A stretch of DNA of 64,000 nucleotides, from the NCBI GenBank assembly GCA_051294905.1, contig CM119371.1, forward strand, positions 23,314,001 through 23,378,000, written 5' to 3'. This document shows positions 52,200 through 64,000 of the stretch, in pieces. Origin of the DNA: Botryllus schlosseri (taxonomy: Eukaryota). The number at the start of each line of letters is the position of its first letter. Position 1 is the stretch's first letter. The notes under the pieces were generated by a model. The model ran no database searches, was not told where the DNA came from, and worked only from the letters and a program-made list of their open reading frames with translations. The translations under genes were made by a program, and so were the position numbers.

Positions 52200-53690
52200 C
52201 AATGATTGCACACGCATTTCACCATCTGCTACTCCGTCGCAAAAGACCGAGGAAAGAATGCGACGGAAGGCTTGGATGATTAAAGATACTTTGGTAATTT
52301 TTCGACCATACCGATTTCATTGAACCTTGTGACAATGTTGTGGGATGATCAGTACTTCGGAAATGTGTTATTTCTAGCAACGTTTTTAGCTTTGTGCTAT
52401 ATGTTTCGCATGCTGCCACACGACTAATCAACGTTTCAAGGATTCTACAGTGGAAAATTTCTATCGTAACTGTAATCCTCGTTGACAAGTAAACGTTCAA
52501 TGACGAGGAGCGTCTAATCTCAGCACTCAAAAAAATCGTCTTTTACTACTTGACTGTAATCATTAAAATTAATACTCGATTCAGATTCGAGTACTCGAAT
52601 CATTGTGCCCAGCCCTACATGCAACAAGGTGATTAATAGCAAGTGGCCCTCCCGACGATGCATTATCCTTTGTAACTTGCCCAAAATTTTCGAAAGCATT
52701 CCTTCCATCAGCTCCACCGGTTAATCTTATCACATAGGCTGAGAAAGGATAAATTATTTGATAGTAATAAATGATAATGCTACTATTAATGACGGAAATC
52801 ATTCGTGATCTGAAAAATTTCCACGCTTCGTGCGACCATGGCCAATCTCAGTGACTATTCACTTCATTACCGCTCGCGATTTCGGTGCGCATAATAGGCC
52901 GATATGAACAGTAGAATAGTCCGAAGTTCACCGGGAATGGACATGGACAGTTTGACATCGGTATTTTGCGTACAGTCAGTTCACCACGGCTATGCCCTGG
53001 AATGTGGCCGTAGGGTACATAAGTAATCGAAATGCGGCCGTGAATATCAAAACGGATGTCCACCTCCGCTGTAGGAGGACTGCTACTTCAATAGCCCTGG
53101 TCATGGGACACTAGTCAACTATATATATTTGGGGAGTATCGTGTACACTTAAGATGGTATTTATATGAACATCTTCATAATGACTAGAGAAAGGAAACGA
53201 AATCACTTATTCGAAATCGATTCGAGTTATTTTTCATGCAGCACGATTTAAATCAGGAGTATCGAATCGAATTGTTACGACATTAACATTGCTGGCGCAT
53301 GGTCGGTTATATTTCGGCAGAGTGGTTTTGAATGAACTCGATAGCGCACGAGAACATCTCATGTGGGTCATGTGTGCTCATCTCCGCTCACGATTTTGTC
53401 GATACAAAACCTACTCACATCACTGATCAACGTGGAGATTTCGACGTCACAGATCCTTCTCCGGTTGAAACGATTTGTTGGCAATCATGTTCCTTTGCAA
53501 GCCTCCATATTAGAGCTGCAGCTAGAATATTTAGACATTTTTTACCAATTCACTTCAGCTCTGTGATATCCAAGTGAGTCGTACAATATCGCTTCATAGC
53601 CTTTTGCGGAATTTCTTGCACGCAGTTCTTGGCTGTTGCACTTTCTCCACTGAAACAACCAGTCATTAGAGAAGGAATTTTAGATAGTTG
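52200..53690 (-). pseudogene. Possible XK-related pseudogene, MITE-interrupted (~52800-53070)
   Basis: KTTLP, VIRLTGG, LLLITLLHVGLG, IRRSSSL in expected order; resembles copies A/B. Confidence 0.3.
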
Positions 53691-54837
53691 CCAGCAAATT
53701 TTACAGGGGAGCTGACCTACGAAATGCGCTCGTTGAGTTCCGGTACAGTATATAGATAGTCGATATGCGTATGGTACCGTCGCTCGATGGAGAAAGTTCG
53801 GTCAAGTATATTTGTGTGTGAGGCTTGCATATCATCTGACTCCTTTGTATACTTACTGTAACATAAATGTTTTTCTACTCCTATATCCGCTGTGACTGTT
53901 ACTTCATGTTTGGCATGACATTCAACCTTCTGCGTCTTAGTCCCATTTGTTTGGGAACTACACGCGGATGTAACACAAATACAAAGTGTAATGAACGTAT
54001 CAAGTTGATAAGGTGCATAGCATGGGTGCTCAAACTGGGGCTCATGAAAAGTCAATGAGAATTCCTATTCTTTTTGTTGCTAGGTCATGGCCAAGGTTGG
54101 AATCTTGTCACATTCTTAATAGTAGTCATCTGAAATCGAAACTAATGCTGTTGATTTCTGTTTTGGCAGCTTTAGATGTCGCATTTTGGTGTTATTGCGT
54201 CATTTTCAGACTGTTGCTTTGGCCGCTAGTTTATTGATAGGCTGATGTTAATCATAACTGGGCTAGATGTTAACTGCAGGATAACTTATTCGATTTGGTT
54301 ACGTTGCGCTGATGTCATTTCATCCTGGTCCACCCAATTTCAAATACAGTAACTTATCAAGAGATAGAATCTTAATAAATTGCGCCAATATCGGGAGCGG
54401 CAGCTGAGTCTAGTCAAGCTTTCCAAACTCAAGTATTTCTCAATGAATTATAGGCTCATTTTGAGCTAATTATGCTATTCGATGGAAGATATCGAGCATT
54501 ATTTCCTGAGAAATCAATGTTCAATAGCTCTCGTACTAGTCGACGGCAAGGTGCGGTTGCTGTTGTTGGTTATTGATGATCTGTATTGCATTCTGCGGGT
54601 ATGGATTCAATGTGTGTTTCCGAGTGTGACCCAAGATGAACATCAACATATTCTAATTGCGATATGCAGTTGAATAAATTTACGAGGGAATGGCAAAACA
54701 GTGGAGGTCCATACAGACAGCAAAATATTGCTGCGCGTTAAAAAAATTCAAAACGTTCGACGACGCTACCGGATGGATTTCGAAACGACCTTCATACACA
54801 AATATTCCTGACCTCGTGATCGTCGGTGCCTTTAGTT

Positions 54838-55675
54838 CAGACTTGGTCTAATTTCACTAAATTAGAGTGCAATGCAAGTAATCTAATTCTAAACTAATTT
54901 GCGAAATGTTTCTATGCTCTAATTCTAATTTTAATCTAATTTATTGTTTTCCTGAAAATACCTGGTTGTCCGCGGCATTCTGCAACTAGTTAACAATAAT
55001 ATCTCTCTCGTCCAGGGAAATCTAGTGCCAAGCCACCATCGCATTACTTACACCGTACTTACTATCATCGTAGTACTTGTGACGAATAATAGCCATCCGT
55101 GAGTACAACGCCGAAGCCGTCTCGGCTGCTGCGCAATAGTGTTGTTGGGCACAGGCGAATAGCTTATTTTGAAACCACAACTATAATTTGAAAGTGAAAT
55201 CAATTTGAGCATTTCAAAATGCTTTACTTCGCGTTCTTCCAAAATCACAAATCAGATCGCCGGCCGCATGTGGCCCGCGTGTTGGTGACCCTTGGCGAGT
55301 GCAGACCGAGCAAAGCTTTGTGTACAGACGTTAACCATTCTCATGTTTATGGGGACGCGCTGTGATTTGATATGAACTGACCTCGATCCTTGCCGTATAT
55401 ATGTCACATTCACAATTTCATCCAATGTCCAAGTTTTTTTTGCAAATTCAGTAATTTTGATTCTAATCTAATTTGAAAAAGCTGTGTAACTCTAATTCTA
55501 ATTCTAATCTAATTTGGAAAAATTGTGTAGCTCTCATTCTAATTCTAATCTAATTTGGAAAAATTGTGTAGCTCTAATTCCAATTTTAATCTAATTTGAA
55601 AAAACTGTTTAGCTCTAATTTTAATTCTAATCTAATTTGGAAAAGTTCAAAAAATTATCTAGTTGTTCAAGTCTG
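54838..55675. mobile_element. hAT-type MITE with ~41-bp subterminal tandem repeats
   Basis: Ends CAGACTTG / CAAGTCTG; perfect TSD CTTTAGTT; CTCTAATTCTAATTCTAATCTAATTTGGAAAAATTGTGTAG x4-5 at 55460-55645. Confidence 0.88.
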
Positions 55676-57271
55676 CTTTAGTTACCCGAACCAAAACAGC
55701 GTGGGTCGTAAGGCAGAGTTCCTTCATTATTGAAAACGCTTCACTAATCATCTGTTTTGTCTAGCGGCGTGACTCGTCTCTACTGTCTAACAGTATTTTT
55801 TGGATAAGCTGGCGAAGTTGCAACCTGAGTGAGATGCGATTTGTTAGCATGGACGTCTTTTATTTCGAGGCACAGTGTACAGAGAGATCAATTACACACG
55901 CACCATGCTTAGCCATTATCAAAAGTAAATGAGGAATGGTGGAAAATTAACTATAGCTGTCGTTCATGTTGTTTTGGCGAAGGAGAATGTAGCTCATATT
56001 GTAGTCACATTGTTCGCGGGAGTGACGATAGTCATGTACTGAGCTGGTTGAGAATGGTGATGCATTAGCATAAATGATATATTTACGTGAAATGACGATA
56101 GTGAATTTCAATCTAAGAGCACGCGGACGAAGTTGTGCGTGTGGACAATGGTCTATATTCGGCATAGGTGGTCTTACACGCACTCCTACCTTTCAGTAGC
56201 ACTCGAGCAGTCTTTGTCTGGTTGCACTATACTCAATCGAGTGGGTGTGATTCTAGACTACTTTGAGTTCCACTTTTTCTCTTTGAATCTTGTCAACTAG
56301 AGAGTGGTATTAGGATGCGTTTTCTTCACATTTAAAGGTGGAATTGTAACAACTTGAGCAAAACACAGCCCAGGCACTATGGTTGCTAAATGCAGCTTAG
56401 AAAATTGCGTTTGTAGTGTCCTTAATCATTTCGATAATTTACTTTCGGAAACTAGTAAGTCGAGTAATTTTCAAATAAAAATGAGAAGAAACGTGAAACG
56501 TTAAACGATTTGGCGTCGTGCAATTACTATGATTTAAAAGATTTGTGGTTGGTCACAAGCACGGAATTTTACCGTACATAAACCGACCGTGTTATGCATA
56601 TTCAAGACAATGTACCGCACTTAATATTATTTCCCAATTCTCAAGTTGGATTCGTATTGTCGCTATGATATACACTCGTAGAAAATCGTATTTTAAATGG
56701 AGTTTTATCTCACATATTTCCATGCATTCTTTCAAACCGGGATTGCGTCTTTAGCACTATAGGCTAGATTTCATTGATTTGCCCATAATTTAGTCGCCAG
56801 TTTCCTCATTCTTGACTATGTAATATCAATGAATGAAAGAGGGAGGGTATCAGGAATCCGCATAAATTCCGCGTATTTCGTATTGACATAAAACAAAATT
56901 GTGGATGAGGGTGTGGGTTACGAACGGAAAACTCCATCACACCATGATCCAGCGGATGGTTTATAATAATTAAATTTACTAATAAATATGGCGTCGCGTT
57001 GTAAATCAACATATAACATCCACCTTCATAGTATGTATTGAAGCTGCTTAGCTCGCAAAATATTAAAACGTATCATTATGTTATTTTGCCAGAAAACGGT
57101 CTTTTCTCAAATATCCGGATATTGTGCAGATAAATTGTTAATTTCTAGTTCGTTTCAATTTATTTTACAACGCTCCTGTGCACCTTGACAGAACCGCATA
57201 TATATTGCTTTCAATTTTGAATATTTACTGTAATCTCAGACCCGTTTGTAAAGACAGCTCAATCGCTCGGC

Positions 57272-58237
57272 ATGATGTTCGGGAGGATATGCTCTGCAAT
57301 CTGTGGCTACTGCTGGAATCAAATTGACTATGAAGCGATCAACGTCTTGATGTTGATGAACTGTGTGACATCAGCGTATACGACTATAGTCTACTGGCAG
57401 GACGCCAACTTGTCGGACGGAGTTTTGATTCCTCTTCTCATTATGCTCAGTATGCTATTCGGTTATCTTGTGACTGGATTGGTGTCATTGTATTCCTTTG
57501 CGGTACGATTTTTCACGAAAGATGTCGCGAAATGGAGGGAGGACGTAGCCGAATATTATATGGTCGCGAAACTACTGCAAACTATTTTTCAGTCAATTCC
57601 CCAACTTTGTCTTCATCTGTATACACAAATACCCGATGCCGAGCAGGTTGACTTAGACAAATTTGAATTTTACCTACCTATTCTGGTATTCAGTATATCA
57701 ATAATGGTCGGGTTGCATCTGCCGCATGTAGTATATCTGAAATACAGAGACATCCCTAGTTCATTTCGAGAATTTTTCTTCACTTGCTTGAGTCGGGCTG
57801 CATTGTTCGCCGCGAAAATGACGTTCTTAATGCAAATAACGTATGTTATGGGATGGTGGACCTTTGCCTTTGTAGTGGGACAATGGTTTGTGCATTTGCT
57901 GGTACTTGTTTGCTATAAAGAAAACGATAATCGTGACTCCTTCGCGCGGTGGTTCCAAAAGCGTTCAAGTATCAGACTGTTAGCCTGGTACTACATTTTC
58001 ACCCCGTTATTGCCGTACGACGGCACTGAATCTTCCATTTTAAAAGTGTGCTATTTCGCGATAGATCAGCTCTTGCAAGCCGGCCTGTCGATCATATTCT
58101 GGGATGAAGCGTATTTCAAATATATCCCCGAATGCTTCATCGGCAATGAGAAGATTCAGCTGATGAATTTCGTAGGCATTAGTCAATTGTTGGTGTCGGT
58201 GTCTATCCACGGAGTACAATGTCGTCGTGCTCAGTAA
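57272..58237 (+). CDS. XK-related (Xkr/CED-8-like) multipass membrane protein, 321 aa
   Basis: Uninterrupted ORF; KLLQTIFQSIPQLCLHLY matches the XK-family signature (LLEAFLESAPQLxLQLY); later LSRAAL..K and GWWTFAFVVGQW fit XK topology. Confidence 0.87.
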   Translation: MMFGRICSAICGYCWNQIDYEAINVLMLMNCVTSAYTTIVYWQDANLSDGVLIPLLIMLSMLFGYLVTGLVSLYSFAVRFFTKDVAKWREDVAEYYMVAKLLQTIFQSIPQLCLHLYTQIPDAEQVDLDKFEFYLPILVFSISIMVGLHLPHVVYLKYRDIPSSFREFFFTCLSRAALFAAKMTFLMQITYVMGWWTFAFVVGQWFVHLLVLVCYKENDNRDSFARWFQKRSSIRLLAWYYIFTPLLPYDGTESSILKVCYFAIDQLLQAGLSIIFWDEAYFKYIPECFIGNEKIQLMNFVGISQLLVSVSIHGVQCRRAQ

Positions 58238-58479
58238 TTTACAGCGTAATCGTGTCATGTCTCCACTGTTGGTTACAACATTATGTAAAAAGTTTGTGGC
58301 TATTATTTGTTCAAGGCTAGTTAATAAAATGAATTTATTATTGATCATTTTTTTTAAAGATGCATCCTCGCTACCTGATGCAAAAGGTTGTGACAGGCAA
58401 GTTAATTGATAAGACCAACATAAAGCGACCTAGGAGTGTGAAATGCAAAATTTCGAATAAATTTATACTTAGCAATGTT

Positions 58480-59200
58480 TGTATCGGATAAATAGCATTC
58501 GCAAATGAACCTTCATTCTACCGTAAGGAACCAACGAGCTCTATGAATTTACGTGAATAATTTTACATAATAATGAATATGATATGCTTACTACACATCT
58601 CTGATGAATATGCTGATACTGTGCTCCGTGTCGCAGTAAGTTTCCCTCTTTCGACGGTGCCACATGCTCCACATATTCAGAAACTGTGTAAAGGTGGTCA
58701 AAGTATAGTCATCATATATTACTCGAAGAGAAGCGAAGCCGTCGTTTTCAACCCAATCGCAAGTAGAAGTCGCGATTTTCAAGACATGTCGAAAATAGAT
58801 CAATATTTACGTTGGAAATGAAGATCTGGGAAAGTACTCGATTAATTTCAGAAAGAAGATTAGGAGGAGTGCATACTTTTAGCCGTTCATTGGATGTGGC
58901 TGCTTTAGGAACTAGAAGATCGGTCCGAGATGGCGTATAGCGGTATATGATCGACAGCTGCAACATCAATAAGTAACCGGTTCGAGACCGACCGAGGTCG
59001 ACTCCAGAATTCATATTTAAGTGTAGGAGACTTAACTAGACTCTTCGCCACGTGATTCAAATAAGCGGTGTCTTGTCAAAGTCTAGAAGTGAGCCGTGCG
59101 GAACATTGGTAACTACGGAATCAAAATAAAGAATATGACCAATGAAGTCTAAACACCATGGACATAAAACAAGCATTGCCCTCCGTGTAGTCCGGATTTG
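58480..59200 (-). pseudogene. Possible XK-related pseudogene
   Basis: LLMLQLSIIY ... VLSQIF ... LFSTCL in ORF 58748-59014 parallel LxLQLY ... AVQIP ... FFTCL. Confidence 0.3.
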
Positions 59201-60333
59201 CTATTTGTGAATTCTCTCATTAACAGCCATAACCTTCCATGCCATCAAACTATCTGTTGGGATTGCTAGCATTTTGGTTGCATTTTGGGATATGACAATA
59301 AGGAAGGTGCGAAATTCGTTATTATCATAAACGGAGGCGTCCCGGAAAAAGTTTAAGAACACGGGGTTACAGTGATACAATAAGTTCGGTCATATTACCG
59401 GCAGCCTATACAAACTTATCCCGATATTGTCACAATCCAAATTATAAAATAGTTTTAACAGAAAAGTAGATGGTCCAGTAACTAATGACTTTACTATTCC
59501 GAATAGTTACAGACTAACTGTGATTAACTGTGATAAAAGTTGGGTTTCATCTAAAATAAACGGTGTTTTAGATCACTTTGTTTAAAACATGTTTTAAACA
59601 GTGTTTTAAACAATTGACTTTTTTTTGTTCAAAACAAAGTATTTTTTTCAAACGTTGCATAGGTATGTCATAACATTTTAAAAGCATGTGGTGCGAGCCT
59701 ACGGATGATATTCACCCAATATATTGGACGTACACGATGTGGGGTAGCTCGAAATTTCAAAATCGGTTCAACAGTTCTAGAAATTGGATATAGAACATTG
59801 GTACGGAATATAGGTGTTCTGATGTTGATGACGGTCGACAGTAAAAATGCTGCATATCGATGTGTATAGTCCTGGATTTTTTTAGTCTGAATATGACAAT
59901 GGCCGGAAGCCGTTTTCAACAAGGAGCCATATTAAACCTATATCTTTCATTGTCCACATCAATCCAATGTGACGTAACAAAATCAATATCCGTGATGTCA
60001 TTGCTAAACAAAAACAAAACAAAAAACAATAGAAACGTGTTTTATATAAAAACCATGCGTGCCCCCAGGTTGAGAACCACAAGCTATATTCTCTAATTCA
60101 AATTTCCAGTGCTGCCAAAAAAAATAGATTATGTAGCAAAGGTCACGTCATATGCATGTGATCGAGTATATGTTGCGGTGTGCATTACAAGCTGCAACGC
60201 ATGGACGTTTGAATAAGGTAGTTTTGGCAGGTAATCCCAAGGTTTAATGCATTTTCTACGAATATTGGAATATGGTAATTAATTTAACCGCAGAACAGGA
60301 TTATATGATGTAAAAGGGTCGCTCGTACTAGAC

Positions 60334-61580
60334 CAGTGGTTCCCAACATTTTTCGAATGATCGCCCCCTTATCAAGCTCGACACAAATTACCCCCCCCCC
60401 CCTCCCGCAAAACATTTCTGCATGCCAAAGTGAGGACAAAAATACGGGAAATTTATTCATCTAACTCTGATCGCCGGTGAATTGACTAAAATTAAGGTCA
60501 TTTTCCCGAGCAAGTTCTCTGAAAACCGGTTTGCGCGTCTATTTCCCGTTTAGTTATGACATTGGCGATTTTATTTTACCTAAAAAGAGAGGGTATTGAC
60601 TTAAAACAATCACAATTTCGACATCTTTTGACCCCAAAAAACTAATTGTGACCAAATTTTGACCTCGTGCCCGTAAATTAGGTGTTTTCTCACATAATGT
60701 TATATTTGTACTACATATCTTAATTTATGGTTGGAACTGTATGTCCTTTTGAAGAAGTGGCCTGAAAAAACTTTTTTGAATAAGAGACTGACAAAGTTTT
60801 ACATGAAAAAAACTTTATTTTAGCGAAATCTGAACATATTGGGAAGAAATCCAGTAGTTACATCACGCATCCTGGTGGAAATAATTGAAATTTGTTGTAT
60901 TACAACGAAAGACACTTTCCTACATTGTCGGGTAGAAAGTGTTTGTTCTTAGGCTACTAAGTAGCTTGCGAAGACTCGAGAAAGAACGTTCAACAGCATC
61001 AGTTGTTGGCTCGCAACACTGAAGTTGTGCGTACACTGCTGGTGACATACCGTGTTGCTTCATTCTGACAATGTTGTCCACACATCACAATTTTTCGTCA
61101 TGCGCTTCTTGATATAAAACCATGTAATGCCCGCGCAGTTTTGCTTCAGTTATGATATTGCGGTACGTTCAGCATAACTCCACGTCAACCTATTTGTTTC
61201 ATTTGGCCGTTTATGATTCACAATGAGCATATATTGTGCCGTCTACAACAATAGGCCTATAAAATATGCTAAAAGCTGAATAATGTTTCATGAAAAGCTC
61301 ACCGACAATGCAAACATTTACGATACAAACGAAATGCGGGTGGCAAAATCTTTTTGACTTTGTAAACAATTTTGACATGTCAAAAAAATCGTCCTAGTTA
61401 TAACCTTTTTTAGTAAACTTTCGTGTGATATGCAGAATAAGCCGTCTTCACGTGTATATTTTGGCCATGCTAATTAAATATATCTTACAGGACGTTCTCA
61501 TATTTTCGCCCCCCCCCAGCCGCCCCCTTTGGCATTTTCGCCCCCTTGTTTCTCAAAATCGCCCACGTTAGGAACCGCTG
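60334..61580. mobile_element. hAT-type MITE with an inner repeat related to 31770-32210
   Basis: Ends CAGTGGTTCCCAAC / GTTAGGAACCGCTG; TSD TACTAGAC/TACTTGAC. Confidence 0.8.
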
Positions 61581-61640
61581 TACTTGACCATGCCTTTTGT
61601 GCTGGCCTCAGATCCATGCAGTGCTCGATTCAATACACAG

Positions 61641-62152
61641 TAGGGTTGTTCAAAAATAGCTTTTTTTCCCGAATCTTGCTGGTTACGTGATTAAATCGTT
61701 AGGTTGCCTTAAAAAACGACGCACACCAAATTTTAATTCATTCCAACCAATAAATGCTGATTTCGTACAGTTTGAAAATTTTGAATTTACCTTAAGATGC
61801 AAAAAAAAATTTTTGTCAGATTTTTCTGTTAACCCCATGAAATGGTTGCGCTGTCTTCAAAGACGATGCAAAACAAATTTGACTCAATTCCAACCAGTAG
61901 AAGCGGAGTTATTTGACTTTGACTTTTTTCTATAGATAGCCCAACACTTTCATGGGGTGAACAGAAAATTTTCAAATTTTTTTTTTATTATTCATTTTTA
62001 TCTAATAAATAGAAACTTACTTCTCCTGTAGCAAAGCGGTTACTGGCTGGAATTGAACCAAATTTTGTGTGTAGGCTTAAATTAGGTTACCTAACAATTT
62101 TAGCAAGTAGCCAGTACGATTTGAGAAAAAAAGTCATTTTTGAAGAGCCCTA
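61641..62152. mobile_element. MITE (family of 35875-40936)
   Basis: Ends TAGGGTTGTTCAAAAAT / ATTTTTGAAGAGCCCTA. Confidence 0.8.
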
Positions 62153-62629
62153 GAAGACATATGTAGTTCCGGTCAATATGGGACTCTTTTGACTACAAAA
62201 AGATATCTTCCGAATATTTCTTCATCGTATCATACAGGATGATACTGTTTAATGTTGTGACCCGCATCATCACAGCGACGTTATATAATAGCCAATGGGT
62301 TGCTTTTTATGGAATGCATTCATGCTAAACTTAATAACTGGGTGCAGTGCTAAACTCAATGAGGGCAAAGATTTCTATCACTATCTCAGTTGATTTAATA
62401 TAGTCCAAGAAGGCAATAAAGCAAAATCCAATACAAATAACGTCACCGTATTGCCATCTTCAATGTTCCAAGAATAAATCATGGACATATCAAGGTCGTT
62501 TGATTGTCATCTGCCGACGAGGCGACGAGAAAGAGCGCTGAAGTCAATGTACTAATAATTGTCCCCAATCGCACGATTTGTAAATGCAACCCCATCTTTG
62601 CTGCACTGATGACCAGATTGCGTTGCAAT

Positions 62630-63965
62630 TACAAATCGTCATACAGTGGAGCAAGTAATCTGTGTAGGTGTAGGCGCACGGCGGTTAACTCCAGGTATGC
62701 TTTGTATCTGAAGAGATTTGATTTAGCCTGGGATGATTTCCTTATGGAAAGCATTTGCGACCGCAAATTTGCAGCATTCGTAAGTCTACTGGCTATGTAT
62801 TATTTATAATTAATGATGCCGTCGTATGGGACATAACAGACGTTAGCAAAGTTAGCAAAGTCATTCGCGAGCCCCGACAGCAGATCTATTTAGTGTCTCA
62901 GCTAGTTCTACCGGTATTGTCGCATCCATAGCAAGTAACCTAAGTTGTACTTATGAAACTGCTCGAGAGTGGAGAAATTGAGGCGCTTCAATACTGAAAT
63001 AAACCGGCATTTTACTATACAATGCATGACTATGACTAACGTTTGCTACGAAATGTGGGAAATCGGAGAGGGTAAGGAAGGAGTGAGGTTACGTTATCGG
63101 GTTACTGTTGCATGGTCAGCACGTTTGATGTCACAACGTCCTATCGCAAGATGGACTTGGACAGAGACAAAATCCCCTTGATTGCTCCTGTCTGCGCCAA
63201 ACAGCTGTATGTATTTTTCTTCAACTCGCCCACTATACCCTGCATCGTAGCATCTCTATCCATTTTAGTACAGATACATAATTGAATGGGTTCATACACC
63301 TCATATTTCATTCGCTCATCCACGCGCACTTTTAATAAATTTCTTATGTCATAGACGAGGTAAACACCGTAGATCGGTGGCTTATAACCCTTCTTTTGCC
63401 GTGGCCCATTTTCCGGTTTAAAAGTGTTTTGCGGCCCACCTCTTATAGAGTCATAGTCCTGTTCAATGCAGAGTAATCGCCAGTGCCAATATGCCTATTT
63501 CTCTAAAACATCCGCATTATTATCTTACTTTCATTAATGTTTTGATCCAGACAGTTGAGGGCGATACAATATCTGATTGTTGAAAGAAAAATGAGGTTGG
63601 AAGAGCTAGTATTGCATGGCTGTTTCTGGACTCATTATATTCCCTGTTTCTAGAATATAGATAAGTTTAATGTGTCGATTCTACGAATCTGGAGATATCA
63701 AACGACTGGCAATATTACCATGGAAATCGAATGGATTCGAAGGAAATTGACTTATTTGATCAATCACAGATTCTTGTGGATTTTGATGTTAATGATTATG
63801 GATACCGCCACAAACTTATACGCCACCGTACGCTACTGTACGAGCGCAGACCTGCTTCAAGGAAAGCTACCATGTATGTTGGCAGCGTTCGGTGTCATAG
63901 TGGGTGTCAGCGTAAATGCAGAGGTCATTATCGACATTAATATGACAAAACGAGTGGAGAAAAGC
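62630..63965 (+). pseudogene. XK-related pseudogene (best-preserved relic)
   Basis: Ordered blocks AREWR, TIQCM, ASLSILVQIHN*MGSYT and VDRWLITLLLPWPIFRFKSVLRP parallel LREWQ/AKWRE, IFQSI, AKMTFLMQITYVMGWWT and FEQWFTNVSSLPLLTVYSILTP. Confidence 0.65.
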
Positions 63966-64000
63966 TCGAAGGAGTGGATAAATTTGGTCTATCGTCATTT

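Noticed and set aside
55460..55645. CRISPR-like or satellite 41-bp repeats
   Set aside because: Spacerless subterminal repeats of a TSD-flanked MITE.

Overview
AT-rich, repeat-dense animal genomic DNA. A marine invertebrate such as a tunicate is plausible but cannot be proven from the window; no prokaryotic operon or CRISPR array is present. The dominant structure is a large cluster of single-coding-exon XK-related (Xkr/CED-8-like, putative phospholipid scramblase) genes. Two ORFs are intact and mutually very divergent (47298-48266 and 57272-58237, both +). Roughly a dozen decayed paralogues, recognised by manual translation, fill much of the non-TE sequence on both strands. They include a head-to-head pair and two copies with a long, internally repeated N-terminal extension. 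The cluster is riddled with hAT MITEs with 8-bp TSDs, including a four-level nest. It also holds remnants of hAT, Chapaev3-like, pogo-like and piggyBac transposases, an RNase H-bearing LINE and an R2/NeSL-like RT fragment. Penelope-like fragments carry four copies of a minimal hammerhead ribozyme motif, and there is a degraded 28S rRNA fragment. Pseudogene boundaries are approximate and their homology was judged by eye.
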